Source: the human T2T-CHM13v2.0 reference genome, Homo sapiens
Assembly (NCBI RefSeq): GCF_009914755.1
Contig: NC_060936.1
Reading direction: 5' to 3' (one strand)
Length of the DNA: 64,000 bases
The notes under the pieces are model-generated. The model was not told the origin of the DNA, searched no databases, and saw only the letters and a program-made list of their open reading frames with translations. Position numbers and translations under genes: made by a program. How positions within the stretch are numbered: position 1 is the stretch's first letter; each line of letters starts with the position of its first letter. Shown piece by piece: positions 48,000-62,803 of this stretch.

Positions 48000-48595
48000 A
48001 CACACTCAGCAACATGCAACAACCCCCTGACACACCTAACACACACTCCCATCGCCAGTGCACACATAGCACACATGTTTGCACACTCACCCTGCACAAC
48101 TAATATGGCACACTCACCCAGCGCACGCTCACACCCAGCACAGGCTCAGCACATGCTCACACCCCACACAACACACACAGCACACACACAATGCACGCTC
48201 ACACCCAGCACAGGCTCAGCACAGGCTCACACCCCACACAACACACAGCACACACACACACCTCAGTACACACATCCTGCACAACTCACACCGCACACAC
48301 ACATGCTCAGCGCACGTTCACACCCCACACAACTCACACAGCACACACACGCACAGTACACACACCCAACACAACTCAAACCACACACACACTCAGTACA
48401 CACACCCAACACAACTCACACAGCACACACACACACACTCGGTACACACACCCAGCACGCACACATAGTACACACACCCAGCACAACTCACACTCAGTAC
48501 ACACACCCAGCACATGTACCCACCCAGCACACGTTCACTCGCACCCTGCACAGCCCAGCGCGCACACACCCAGCAGACAGCACATGCTCTCACAT
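48000..48595. repeat. CA-rich low-complexity repeat
   Basis: Read directly. Confidence 0.85.
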
Positions 48596-49009
48596 GCTGG
48601 CATCAGCCGTCAGCCTCAGCTGCTGGAGGGTGTGGTGGAGGCGGGCGGTGAGCGCTGGGTGCTGGGGTCCACGTCCTTCCAAGCCCCTGCATAGCGGCCG
48701 CCTTGGCTGGCGATGACTGGAGGGGGTGAGGGGTGAGGCCACCAGCACAGGTGTGTCCCTTCACTGTTTCCACCTCGTGTGCCCGCCACGCTGTCTTCCT
48801 GCCGCTGGTGAAGTCTGTCTCCCCACCCCCCCCCGAGTGATGGGGCGCCTCCGACTGCCCGGCCACGGTGCCTGCACCTCCGCTCCTCCTCTCCCTGCAC
48901 CCTCCAGGCCTGGGGGCCCCGGGGCTGACCTTGACCTTCCCACCCGCCCAGGTGTGGCCGGGACAGCACCGCAGTTGTGGCGCCCCTGGGTGGGCAGGAG
49001 GGCTGGAGA

Positions 49010-49505
49010 GTGTGTGGTGTGTGAGCCTCGTGTGGCTGCGTGGCGTGTGTGATGTGTTTCATGGGTGGTGTATTGTGTATGTGTGTGTTGTGTGGTTGAA
49101 TGTGTGGTGTGTGTATTGTGTGTGTGTCGTGTGGGTGTCATGTGGTTGAATGTGGTGTGGCACATGTGTTGCATACGTGTGTGTTGTGTGGTTCAGTGTG
49201 TGGTGTGTGTTTGGATGATGGTGTGTGTATTGTGTGTGCATGGCGTGTGTTGCATGTGTGCGTGTGGTGCGTGTTTGGATGATGGTGTGTGTATTGCATG
49301 TGTATCACATTTGTGTGTGTGTTGTATGATGGTGTGTATTGTGTTTATCATGTGTATTGTGTGTCGTGTGTGTGTCATGTGTCTTGTGTGTTGTGGTTGT
49401 ATGATGGTGTGTATCGTGTGCATCGTGTGTGTTGCGTGTGTTGCGTGTGTGGCGTGTGTGGCGTGTGTGGCGTGTGTGGCATGTGTGGCATGGTTGAACG
49501 TGTGC
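49010..49505. repeat. TG-rich low-complexity repeat
   Basis: Read directly. Confidence 0.85.
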
Positions 49506-50559
49506 TGGTGGAGGCAGCCGTGGCCACTGACCATCTGCCCCTGGGCGGCAGGAGGGGGAAAGCCTTGACTCTGAGCACTCCCAGGTGCACAGGTTCCGCA
49601 GGGTCCATGCGGGTGGGAAGTCGGTTTCTCTGCTCTCCACAGTTGAGTATTCCTGGAGAAGATGGCAATGGCCCAGGGTGTTGGTGGGAGAGGGGCTCAC
49701 GATGGGAAATTCTGGGGAAGGAGCTAAGGGCGGCGCGAGTGCACAGTATGCCCTCGATAAGTGCCTGGGGAATGAATGTGTGGAGTCGCGTATCTGTCCT
49801 CGGGTGAACGGTGCGTGGGGCCGCGTGGCTGTCCTCGGGTGAATGGTGCGTGGAACTGTGTGTCTGTCCTCAGATGAACAGGAGTGGGGCCGGACGTCCC
49901 TGTGTCCCCCTGGTGTTCCTCTCCTTCTCTCACTCTCTGTGGCTGTTTCTCCTCTCTCTGGGTTCCCTGAGAGCCCAGCCTCTTGGATCTGCCTCTCCCA
50001 GGCACTGCTCCCTTTCAGCTGGCAAACAGTCCAAACCTCCCATCCTAACAACAACAGAAAATGTCCCCCCAGGCCTCGCTCTTCCTCCAAACACGAAACC
50101 ATCCCCCTTTATGTTACTTAGGAGTCATTGGGTTGCTAGTGACAGAAAAACAAACCAAAACTGATTCAGGCAATCGGGAGTGTGTTGACTCCTATTGGTA
50201 ACTGCCTTCAGGTGTGGCTTGATCCAGGGCTCAATGGCCACCTCTGCTTTCTCTGGTTTGGCTCCATGTTCGGGCCTGTGCGGTAGCCCCTGGTGGCTTC
50301 AAGCTCTTGTCACCACAACTTCCAGCCTCTGGGAGTCTTTCCCATCCCACGAGTGTCCCAAGAGTCATTCTGGTCAGAATATTCTTGGTTGGAGCTCCTC
50401 ACCGAGCCAGTGTGGGGGCTGAGCATGAGTGTCAGATGGTGCCACTTTCTCCTTTCCAGCCAGACGCCTTTTCTTTTCTTTCCTGGCATGATGGCACCGG
50501 TGATGAGAGCTCCAGTGCTGGGCTGAGAGAGCATGGTGACACACTCACCCTGGCTGTGC

Positions 50560-52469
<1,910 letters not shown>

Positions 52470-52808
52470 ACCCATTGACTTTTGACATCAAGCATTGGCG
52501 TGATGCCTGGGGCTGACTTCCCTCTTGTCAGGGTCTGGCTGTATTTATTCCACCTGGATCATGTGCCAATATAAAATTCTGTGTCATCTTTTCCTGAAAC
52601 ACAGTCTATTTCAATGTACGGATTAATCCTTCTTTCATGTCAGGTGAATTTTCTTGTGTGATAGCTTTAAGCAGCTCTCCCGTTTTACTTTTGAGGTTTT
52701 CCTTCTTAGAGGCACCTCTTCTCCCTGTGCGGACTTATCTTTGTGTGTATTCCAAATAATTCATTATCGTTTTTTCTGTTGCTTTACCCTATGTATTAAA
52801 ACATTTTT

Positions 52809-53096
52809 GGCCGGGTGTTGTGGCTCATGCCTGTAATCCTAGCACTTTGGGAGGCTGAGGCAGGTGGATTGGTCAAGCCCAGGAGTTTGAGACCAGCCCA
52901 GGCAACACAGTGAGACCCAATCTCTCCAAAAAAACATGAGCCCAGCTTGGTGGCGTGCACCTGTGGTCCCAGCTACCTGGGAGGCTGAGGCGGGAGGATC
53001 ACCTGAGCCCAGGAGGTCAAGGGTGCAGGGAGCTGAGAACGTGCCCTACATTCCAGCCTGGGTGACACAGCAAGACCTGGTGTCAAAAACTAAAAA
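52809..53096 (+). mobile_element. AluJ
   Basis: GGCCGGGTGTTGTGGCTCATGCCTGTAATCC ... CCAGCCTGGGTGACACAGCAAGACC plus A-rich tail. Confidence 0.92.
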
Positions 53097-54149
53097 CCAT
53101 CTCGAATCGGCGCCCCCGCCACAAGCATTTTTTCTCGTCGGCAGCTCAGTTTTCAGCTGTGCTTAGTCTGGTTTCCGCTCCTCTGGGTTTTCTCGTTTCA
53201 TCTTGGTGTTTTTTGGGTGTTCTTTCGTTTATTCAACGCTGTGATCGGTTGTTTTCATCTCATTCTTCAGTTTTGTCACCTAAACCCCGTGGTCTTCTGT
53301 TACAAGTTTGCCAGCTTCGATCTTCTGAAGTGAGAGGTGCCTGCGCAGTGCTCTTCCATTCCTGGGGCTGTTTTCTTCCGGAATGGCTCTCTGTCTTGTG
53401 GCAACCTCTGCTTCCTCTCTTTTCTTTCCCTTTCTTTTCTCTCTCCCTCCGCCCCTCCCTTTCTTCCTTCCTTTTCTTTTTCTTTCTTCTTTCCTTCCTC
53501 CCTCCCTCCCTCCTTTTCTTACACATCTGAAGAGCTGCTGTGTTATTTTGTTTCATTTGAATATGTAGCAAGTCCCCATGTCTTCACTGGGTCAGAACCA
53601 GTAAAATTTCCCTGTTCCCTTCGCGGCTCCTGACCTCCCTCTGAGCCACGGTCGGAGTCGGTGGGAGGGAGGGAGGGAGGGCTGCGGTCAGCTGAGCCCT
53701 GGCGTCGACTTTGCTGCTGAGACAGGACCTCTTGCTTCCTGCAGCCCCCAAAGCCAGACAGAGAGAAGCGTGAGCACTGCCCAGGAGGCCGCTTTCATTT
53801 CTGTGGGGACATCGGGACCACCCACCGGACACCCCCAGGAAGGCCACGTTCTGAGGTTAGAAAGGGAAAAAATCAGATCTCACTGAACTATGCCCGTTAA
53901 GGGGGAAATGATCCCAGTTTTGAAATCCATCTTCAAAGCCCTGTAAGCGTGGCCCGGCGACGTTGTGCTCTGATGGGGAGCGTGTGCAGGGCACAGGCCG
54001 GGCAGCCAGCACTTCGCCGCCCAGGAAATACCAGCCGGTCAACTTGGGTTAGTGCAGATAAGCCATTTAATTTAATTTTAAAATGACTGTGGGGCACAGG
54101 AAAGAACAAGAAGAAACCACAAACAAGGCTCCCATCTTCTTTGTCCCCG

Positions 54150-57100
54150 AGCAGGTAACTGTGCAACTTATCAAGATTGTCAGTTTAATTAACTTTGGCC
54201 TCCAGAGGAGGCCATTCTTATCTACAGGACAAGCACCGCGGCTGTACCAGCCTCTGAGTTCCGACTCGGGTCCTGCAGGTGTGGCTTCCTGGCGCACGCG
54301 GGCTCTCTGAGCTCAGGGAGGCTCCGAGCCTGCCTCCAGGACGCAGCCTTTGTCACTCTGTCTTACTCCACCTCCATCTCAGACCCCCGAGCTACCGGGC
54401 CAGGCTGCCTTCTGCATCCGTGGAGCCCCAGTGCCCGTGAGGGTGTCCAGGCCTCACCCTGTGGGGCCGTGCATGAATCCAGGCATGGAGGAAGTGTAGC
54501 CGGGCTTCTCTAAGCTGAGACAAGTAAAGATGAAGAGGCCCCCAGGTACCCAATTCCTATAGGTGTGAGGCCAGGGCACCAGACAAAGGCGTGAGCTGCA
54601 AGTATGGGCGTCTCCTATGGAAAAAGTGGCTCACACCAGAGCCTGGGCCCCGGAGGGAGGAGCCACGCGCCTGGGAGACCACACAGCCGGGAGCAGGACC
54701 AGTGTGGCCCGGGGACACTCCCCAAGCCGGGACTCGGCGACAGGCCCGGGGGCCTCAGGATGTCGACGGGCCTCGTGTTGCCCTCGCTGCGGCCGTCCTG
54801 GCTGTCCTGGCCTATGTCGGGCTTGAGTGGGGTGGCAGGTTCCGAGATGAGGAGGAACCGCACTGAGAAGCCTCCTCTGCATCCGAACCCGCCACCGGTC
54901 ACAGGAACACGGACTCTGATTGGTGGGTTTATTTTTTTGAGCTGCCCATCATGAGCCGCCCTCTGCTGAGCTTTGATCTCGATGCCTTAATCAGATGGGG
55001 CTCTGGTGGTCTAGGGAGGGGAGAATGCGGTTTTATGAGAGGGGAAGGGACTCGCTGGGGCAGAGGGCGGGCTGCCGGATTCACCAAACCCGGGGCCCGG
55101 GCAATTCTCCCTGTGTCCATGCACTGGTGGGACTGTGACTGGGCGGCACCTCCCCTCCCGGGATGGGTCTGTGTCCCTAGGCCCTGGGTCTCGGTGGCCT
55201 TTGATTTGCCGTGGTTGGTAGAACATGGTGGAAGGGGTGTGGGGCCTTGCAACGCCTCTCCACTGGGCTGTGGCTCTCCCACGCCCACCGCAGAAGGAAC
55301 CGGCCTGACCTACAGGAAGGTGAGGGTGGTGTGCGGAATTTCTCCACAGGAGCCCTGGAACGTGAGGACGTGCGCCGTCCTCAGTTTAACTCAAAAGGGG
55401 GGTCATCGGGGTGGCCTCGCCTGCTCACTAGCCCCTCAGAGCCAGGAGAACTGGCCATGCTGTTTCCGGTTGGAAGATGGGAAGGGCCCTTGAGAGGAAG
55501 ATGCCGGCAGCCTTCAGGAGCCGAGAGGGGACCCGGCTGACAACCTGCAAGGAGGCCGGGACCTCAGCCCTGCCGCTGCAGGCCCCCAGAGCTGCCAGGC
55601 CCCCCCGCGAGCCTGCAGGCGGGTTCTTCCCCAGAGCCTGCAGAACGGCACCTGCCCTGCTGGCACCTGGACTCCAGGCTGTGAGCCCTGAGTGGCAAAT
55701 CCACCCACACCGTGGCTGAGTCCTGGCCATGGAAGCTGCCAGGGGATGAACTGGCGTTGCTCTGAACCGCTAGATACGGGGCTCATCAGAAACAGAAAAC
55801 TGAGGCAGGAGGCCGTGCGGAGGACAGCCCAGGCCGCAGCGACGGCCAGCCCCACCCGCCAGCTGCCAGGAGCCGTCTGCTGCCCGGCCTGGCCAGCCCT
55901 GCTGGTGACCATGGCGGCCCATGAGCCAGCCCAGGGAGCCCCCATGGACCCAGAGAATTGTGAGGACCAGGAGCCCAGCGCTGCTTTAACCTGCTGCGTT
56001 TCGGGTGGTTTAGTTCCCGTGTTGTGCGTGGACGCATCGTGGCACGGGGGATTCTGCCCAGCAACTGCTCTGTGTTCTGAGACACTAAAGGCCAGTGCAG
56101 CGTTAGAGTCAGGCTGGAGGTGGGGGCAGGGGTGAGGAAGAGGGGACGAGAAGTTGGGGGAGGGAGAGGAGCAGGAGCAGGAGGGAGGGTGGGGCTGCTC
56201 TCTGGGCAGCCAGGCTCAATACACAGAGAAGCTTCCCTCAGTGGCTAAACCGGGCCAGGAGATGCTGGTTCCGGGGAATGAGCCCACTGCTCTGCCCTCT
56301 TCCCGTCCCGGCTCCGCCACCTCCCCAGCTCTGTCCTGATTTCACACAAACCCATCATTCCATTTCACTCCAGAGATGAAATCGGTTCTGCAGCTCACCC
56401 TATCCCCATCTTGAGCACCGCCTGAGGGCGCAGGTGGGGTCCCTCCCTGCCCAGCGGGGGATGGGGTGGGGGTGGGGGGGCGCGCACCTGGAGCTGCGCT
56501 TCCCTCTGGCGGCCTCCCTGCCCGGTGAGGGGCTGTGCCTCCGGGGTCTGTCTCCCGGCATTTTTCATATTCCACGGGGTTCTGTCATCCTGACTGTGAA
56601 GGGCACACGGAGCCGGGTCCTGGCCCATTTGACCGGCTCGGCTCACCCCTGCGCTGCCTGTTCGCCTGTGTCCGTCTGTCCGTCCATCTGTCTGCTGGCC
56701 ACAGCTCTTCCACCCTCGGGGAGGTGTTCTTCCCCCTCTGCTGAGCCTGCATGAAGACGCGTGCGCTCAGGCCGGCGTCTGCAGTGTAGACACAGCTCCC
56801 TAGGCTCACTTGTGGTGTGGACGCTGTGCTGTGCCGGTGTTGCGCTGTGTCCGGTGCAGGCGCCGTCCTCTGGCTTCTCTGGGGTGTGTGCAGCGTCGAC
56901 GCTGTCCCGGCGGGGCTCGGAGGGAACCGCCCGGCGTAGTGTGAGGGGCGGGGCCGCTCCTGCGGAGTCCACGGAGCTCGGCCGGCCGCGGGGGCCTCTT
57001 CGCCGAGGGAGTCGGGGCGGGGCCCGTCCTTCCGGGGACGGAGCACGGAGGAGACGCAGCGACGGAGGAGTCGAGGGCGGGGCCTGGGGCGGCCCTTCGC
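54150..57100 (-). ncRNA. Possible lncRNA transcribed from the 57-kb CpG island (position fits my recollection of LINC02361, between NOC4L and GALNT9)
   Basis: CpG island/GC boxes at the right end; minus-strand poly(A) hexamers at 54933-54928 (AATAAA) and 54189-54184 (ATTAAA); no credible ORF. Identity and limits rest on recalled gene order, not on sequence. Confidence 0.35.
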
Positions 57101-57620
57101 CCTTTTAAGTCACTGCGCGCGGGTCCCAGGCGGCGCCCGTCTCGGGGGCAGGTCCGCGGGGTGTGACGAATGTTCCCGCGGCGTCTCCCCGCCCTCCCCG
57201 GCGCCTCCCCCGGCCTCGGGCAGCCGCTTTCTGCACGGCACCTCCGAAGCCGCTGGGCGTCTGTAACCAACCTGCACGTTGTGCGCATGTGCCCCAGAAA
57301 TTAAAGTAGAATAAACAACAACAAAACCAAAAGACCTTTTTACTTTGACGCAGTTTTAGATTCCCAGGACGTTGCACAGAAAATCCGGACGGATCCTGTG
57401 CCCTCCGCCCAGCTCCCGGGGTCACAGGCAGCCTCGGCTCCGACCCCGCCGGGCGCGCGGTGACCGGCTGTGCGGGTTCCAGGGGCGGATGTGCGCTTTG
57501 CCCGGCCCCTCTCCCGCCGCGCGGCCGCTCCTCCTCTCCGCCAAGGGCCGGTTCAGGCACAGGCCCCGCCGAGGCTGCCCCTGACTTGAGGGCTCACGCA
57601 CCGGGCTGCTTGCGGCTCTG
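56750..57620. promoter_or_regulatory. Second CpG island with Sp1-type GC boxes
   Basis: CpG-dense. GGGGCGGGGC at 56945 and 57014, GGGCGGGGC at 57075, AT-rich CTTTTAA at 57102-57108. Confidence 0.8.
57262..57325 (+). mobile_element. Short L1PA 3'-terminal fragment
   Basis: TGTAACCAACCTGCACGTTGTGCGCATGTGCCCCAGAAATTAAAGTAGAATAAA plus A-rich tail closely follows the L1PA 3' end. Confidence 0.8.
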
Positions 57621-58107
57621 GACTATTGTGAATAAGGCCGGTGTGAGTATTTTACTGTAAGTCTTTGGGGACGTGTCTTCATGCCCCTTGGGTGAATCCA
57701 GGTGTGAGATTGCCGGGCCGGGGTGCTGTGAGTTACCTTTGGTTATAGGGAGGTGGTGACCCATGGTGGCTCCAAGTGCCCGTGGCCTTTCGTGACCCCG
57801 CCAGCAGCGGGTGGGCCTTTGGGGCGCTCCGAGGCTCGCCCGTGCTGCCCGTGGGTGCTTCAGCCAGTCCGGCCGCCGTGGCTTTCCTCTGCAGCCCCCG
57901 GTGCCTGCTGGCGTCGTGCCTTTCCGTGTGCTCGTTGGCCACGCACATGTCGAGGGGCCGTTCTGACGATGGACTGAGGGGCTCGGGGATAGCACGTGTC
58001 CAGCGGGGCAGGTCAGCCTTTCTCTTCTCCCCACAGACCTCAGCACAGCTCTGCACCTCGGAGGACTCGGGGAAGTTTCTGGGCCTATTTGGGCAATAGG
58101 AGAAGGT

Positions 58108-58485
58108 CATGGGCTGTCTTTCCAAAATTCACGTCCACCCAGAACCCCCGAATGAGACCTATTTAAAGAGAAGGCCTTAGCTGATGGAACATTAAGATGA
58201 GGCCACCCTGGAGCAGGGTGGGCCCTGAATCCGAGGCTGCTGTCCCTGCAAGGTGACGAGAGGGTGCAGGCGTGGAGGAGACACATGGGGGTGGGGTGAG
58301 GAACAGGCCACCGGCAGCAGAGACGGGTCAGGCCCAGCGAGGGAGGAGGTGGGAGGAGCCCCGGAGCCCTCGGAGGAAGCCGGGCTGGCACCTGGGCCTT
58401 GGACTCTGGGACTGTGAGGGAATCAATTCTGCCATCTGAAGCCACCTGCTGTGGTCCTGTGTTACAGCAGCGCTGGGCACAAACA
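58108..58485 (+). mobile_element. MLT1 (MaLR) LTR
   Basis: CCAAAATTCACGTCCACCC...TTAAGATGAGG...AGGGTGGGCCCTGAATCC...GTTACAGCAGC...AAACA. Confidence 0.75.
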
Positions 58486-59467
58486 TGGGAGGGCCTCGTG
58501 ATTGGGACTGGGGCATTCACAGGCCCGGCAGGCTGGTGAGCCGGTGCCTGGCAGGTGGGGAGGACATGGTGTGAGAGGCGGCCTGCGGGCCGGCCAGTGA
58601 GCTCCAGCACGGGGACTGGTCACCAGCCAGTGAGCTCCAGCACGGGGACTGGTCACCGGACAGCAGTGTCAGCGTGGACGGTGATCCCTCTAGAAGCCCT
58701 CCTTGTGTCTCGGGCCGGAAGCCAGGCACTGCACGCGCTCGGGAATGGGCCGCTGCTGTGAGGGAGAGCGCCCGCTGTGCAGTGGGTGTCAAATGAATAT
58801 TAATAAACAAAAGAGCCAATTATCCTTCGTTGCAGACAAGTTTCTTTGCAGAAAATTTAGGAAATACAAGAAGCAAATAAAAAAATCAAAACCACCCAGG
58901 AATATAACAGTTATGATGTGCTTTTTTCCTAATCTTCAAAGCAAAGCTTTGGAGCCTGTATTATTTCTTGTTTGAATTAAATGCAGTTCAGAAGGAGAAA
59001 GTAATTTCCCCAAAGCTGCCCAGTGAGGAGAGGGCGCCCAGGTGTGTCTGCTGCTGCCCCTCTCTGCAGACCCCAGAGCTGTCCCTGCAGCCCTCTCAGA
59101 GGGGGCCCCCGCCCTGGAGTCTGCCCTTCACCTTCCCCTTGCTTCGACCAGAGCTAAACTTGCCTGTGATGACGAGGGAGTGTTTGGGAGACCCCCACGC
59201 TCTGTGTGGTTGGGCCCCTGGTCAACACCAGCCCGGCCTGCACCCCTGCTGGGGCCCTTCGAGGCTGCCCCGCTCCTGGGGACAGGCCCCCCCGCATGCT
59301 GCTTCCTGTAGGACCCACTCTTGAAGTCGGTCTGAGCCATAAATGAGACTCATCAGGCAATGGGCATTTTTATTAGAGGCAAAATTAAATTCGGATGCCC
59401 AGGATCTCTATCAAGAGCAGAGAAAGGAGAAGAATGACGTGTGTATTTGTTCACTGCTTCCACCAGG

Positions 59468-59612
59468 AGCGCCTGCTCCCGCACCGGCCGCTCCGAGCCC
59501 CGGTCGTCGGGCTGGGGGAGTGCCTGCACCCGTACTGGCTGCTCCGAGCCCCTGTCGTCGGGCTGGGGGAGTGCCTGCTCCTGTACCGGCCGCTCCGAGC
59601 CCCGGTCGTCAG
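59468..59612. repeat. 51-bp GC-rich tandem repeat, ~3 copies
   Basis: GCCTG at 59471, 59522 and 59573. Confidence 0.9.
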
Positions 59613-60230
59613 GTGCCAATGAACCATGTCAAACAGATGATGTGGATTTTTCTGAATCTGCTGCAGAGCCAGATTTTAATTGAATCAATGGGAGAAGCAG
59701 GCCTGCTATTAAGTTTTATTAAATTCTATTTGCTTGTATCCTTGCCATTTAAAACATGACTGTTTAAAAAGAAAAAAATACTGGGCAGCCAGGCAGGGTT
59801 GAAGGTCGCAGGTTTGGGGTCACATGGATCTGGGTGGGACCCCCTGGGTCGGCCTCTGTGATGCGTGTGTCTTGTATGGAGTCATTTTACTCCTCCGAGC
59901 CTCTGTTTCTCCTTAAGTGGGCACAGGAGTGCTCAGTACTACTTAAGGTATTTGAAGAATTAAATGGGATTAAAATTTCAGCCGTATATAAACATCTTCC
60001 TCCCTCCCTCGTCCTCCTCCTGTGTCCTCCCTCGTCCTCCTCCTGTGTCCTCCCTCATCCTCCTCCTGTGTCCTCCCTCATCCTCCTCTGTCCTCCCTCC
60101 TCCTCCTCCTCTAAGGAGAAGAGAATGGTTGGCAGCAGTTTTCCCGAGTACCTGGGACAGGAGCTGGCGTTTCTGTAGACCTTTGCTCTGAAAGGAATCT
60201 CTTGTGCGTCCTGTCTTAGTCACATCTGTT

Positions 60231-60410
60231 GGACTGGGGGCGTGCTCTGCGTCTCGGTCGCGTCCGTCGGACTGGGGAGGTGCTCTGCGTGTCTCGGTCG
60301 CGTCCGTCGGACTGGGGAGGTGCTCTGCGTGTCTCGGTCGCGTCCGTCGGACTGGGGAGGTGCTCTGCGTGTCTCGGTCGCGTCCGTCGGACTGGGGAGG
60401 TGCTCTGCGT
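60231..60410. repeat. 40-bp CpG-rich tandem repeat, ~4.5 copies
   Basis: GGACTGGGGAGGTGCTCTGCGTGTCTCGGTCGCGTCCGTC at 60269, 60309 and 60349, with partial/variant copies at 60231 and 60389. Confidence 0.92.
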
Positions 60411-60999
60411 CTGGGGGTTTTGGGAGAGCAAGTTGGGGGTGTGCTGGCCAGTGTCTGACAATAGGCTGTTGGAAGCGCAGCCGTGGCGTGTAGCATTGCC
60501 AATCATAGTGTCTGTATCTCTGTCTGTCTCTCCACCACGGACCGTTCCAGGCGACCAACACGCAGTCTCCAAGCTTGGAGTTGCCTGCTGTAGGCCCCCC
60601 ACCGACTGCCGGAACCCCAGCTCCCAGGCCTTCCAGCCTGTGGGTGTTGGTAGGCGGTTTCGGCAGTTGTGAGCCTGGTCAAAGCCTCAGCTCTTCCCTC
60701 ACTTGGGCAATCGGTCCTCCATATTAAATCCCTTTTGTTTGACTGGTTGGATCCCACCTGATACAATTGGGGTGGCCCCAACCAAGGACCTATGGTTACA
60801 AAACAGGACACGGAAGTCCATGAGGAGGAGTGATTGTGCCTTACAGGAAGGGACGTATCCACATGTGTCAAAGGGTTTAGGGGATCACGGTGGCTTCAGC
60901 ACAGCCCACGGACGGCACAGCCTACAGATGGCACAGCCCACGGACTGCACTGCACGTTTTCCTGAGCCCAGGGACTGTGCTGGGGTCAGGGCAAATGCA

Positions 61000-61389
61000 T
61001 GTCTCCATCCGTTTGGCATTTTGCTATTCATATAAAGGAACATCTGAGACAGGGTAATTCGTGAAGAAAAGGGGTGTAAGTGGCTCACGGGCCTGCAGGC
61101 TCTACAGGAAGCCTGGCACCAACATCTGCTTCCGGGAAGGCCTCAGGGAGCTTCTTCTCAGAGCAGAGGGGACGTGGTGAGGGAGGGAGCAGGGAGGGCA
61201 GTGCCAGGACCCTTCTAACAACCAGCTCCCTCAGGAACTACTAGAGTGGATGTTAGTTACCATGAGGACAGTGCTGGACTGTTCATGAGGGATCCACCCG
61301 TGACGCAAACACGTCCCAGCAGGCACCACCTCCATGTTGGTTAAATTTCTACCTGAAATTTGGAGGGGACAAACATCCAATCTACATCA
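61000..61389 (-). mobile_element. MST (MaLR) solo LTR
   Basis: ATAAAGGAACATCTGAGACAGGGTAATT...GGCTCACGG...ACAGGAAGC...CATGAGGGATCCACCC...ATTTGGAGGGGACAAACATCCAATCTACATCA. Confidence 0.8.
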
Positions 61390-62574
61390 GCATGTCACTG
61401 TGACTTAAACAGTATGGTTGGTTCCCATGTGGGGCACCCCTCTGAGGCAGGCGTGAGAGTCTAGGCCAGCAAGGACATCCTGGTGGCCACGGCCGAGTGT
61501 TGGCCATGCAGCCGTGCAGGGACCATCTTCAACAGCGACACCGTGTGGCAGCAGATGCAAAGGCAGCAGCGGACGTTGGGACATCTCCAGCTCTGCCCCA
61601 CCCATGCAAGGGTGGGGAGCTCTTTGGATTACATGATCTCTAGGATTCGTGGGTACTTTCTCCAGAACAGGGGCAGTTCTCAAGAGGCGTGTGGCCACTT
61701 AGGCAGGTAAGGACAGAGGGGAATAGTCAGGGAAATAAGGACACTTGGAGGTGTATTTGGTGAAGCAGAGTGTTTGGCAAGTCAAAGTCATGCCTGTTGA
61801 AGAGTCTCCTGTCCGGACAGCGTGGACAGCACCTCACCTCCGCTGCCCTGCAGGGATCTGCCATCCCAGGTGCTCCCCTCGGGACTCCTCCTGGTGCCAG
61901 GGAGGAGGGGCTGGGCCAGGTGAGGCGGAGCAGCCATAGGCTTCCCTCAGTGGGAGGGAACACTCACCTCCCTGAAGGGTGGGAGTTCTACTGAGGATTC
62001 GAGAGTAATTTTCCAGGTGTCAGGTTTTCTGTGGGATCCTGTGTGGGCTATGAACCAGCCAGCTTTGACTTGCCTGTCAATTTGCCTAATGAATTGGTGT
62101 GTGAGCGAGCCGAGTTTGCACCTGCCATCCTCTTGGTCTAAACTACAGGCACTGCACGTTGCAAGATAAGGGACGTTGCACATCCTTCACCTGGGAAACT
62201 TCTGGACTCCTAACTTCACCTGGGAAACTTCTGGACTCCTGTGAGTCTGGCTGGGGGTGGGGGGGGTCCCTGGCAAGCCACTCACTTTTGGGGCCTCACT
62301 CACTGCCCGTGTTTTGCCTCCATGATCTTAGAATTTTGGCAAGATCTGGACTAGACAGAGGGCTGAGGCTTGGGCTGGGGTTGGGAGAATTCTCTGCTGA
62401 GAACAGAGAAACTGGGACCCCTCAGGGCTTCTTACAGGAACAGGAAGCAACGACTGGGGAGTCCCAGAGGAAGGCGTTGAGCAGAGGGGCCGTGTGGTGG
62501 GTGGGCACCCCAGCAGGCAGGGTGCTGGGGGAGGAACATGAGCCCCTGCGGGCTTTGGAAAGAGCAGTGAAGTA

Positions 62575-62703
62575 CAGCCCCATTGCCTCTGCCCAGGGCT
62601 AGCGGAAAGTGAAGTGTTCCCAGCCCCATTGCCTCTGCCCAGGGCTAGCGGAAAGTGAAGTGTTCCCAGCCCCATTGCCTCTGCCCAGGGCTAGCGGACA
62701 GTG
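62575..62703. repeat. 46-bp tandem repeat, ~3 copies
   Basis: CATTGCCTCTGCCCAGGGCTAGCGGA at 62581, 62627 and 62673. Confidence 0.9.
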
Positions 62704-62803
62704 ACGTGTCCCCGCAGGCTGAACTCCGACTGGTGACAACGGGTCAGCGTCCTCACTCCCTGGAGACTCGGAGCCTGGACTTGCCAAATTTGGCACCTGC
62801 CCA

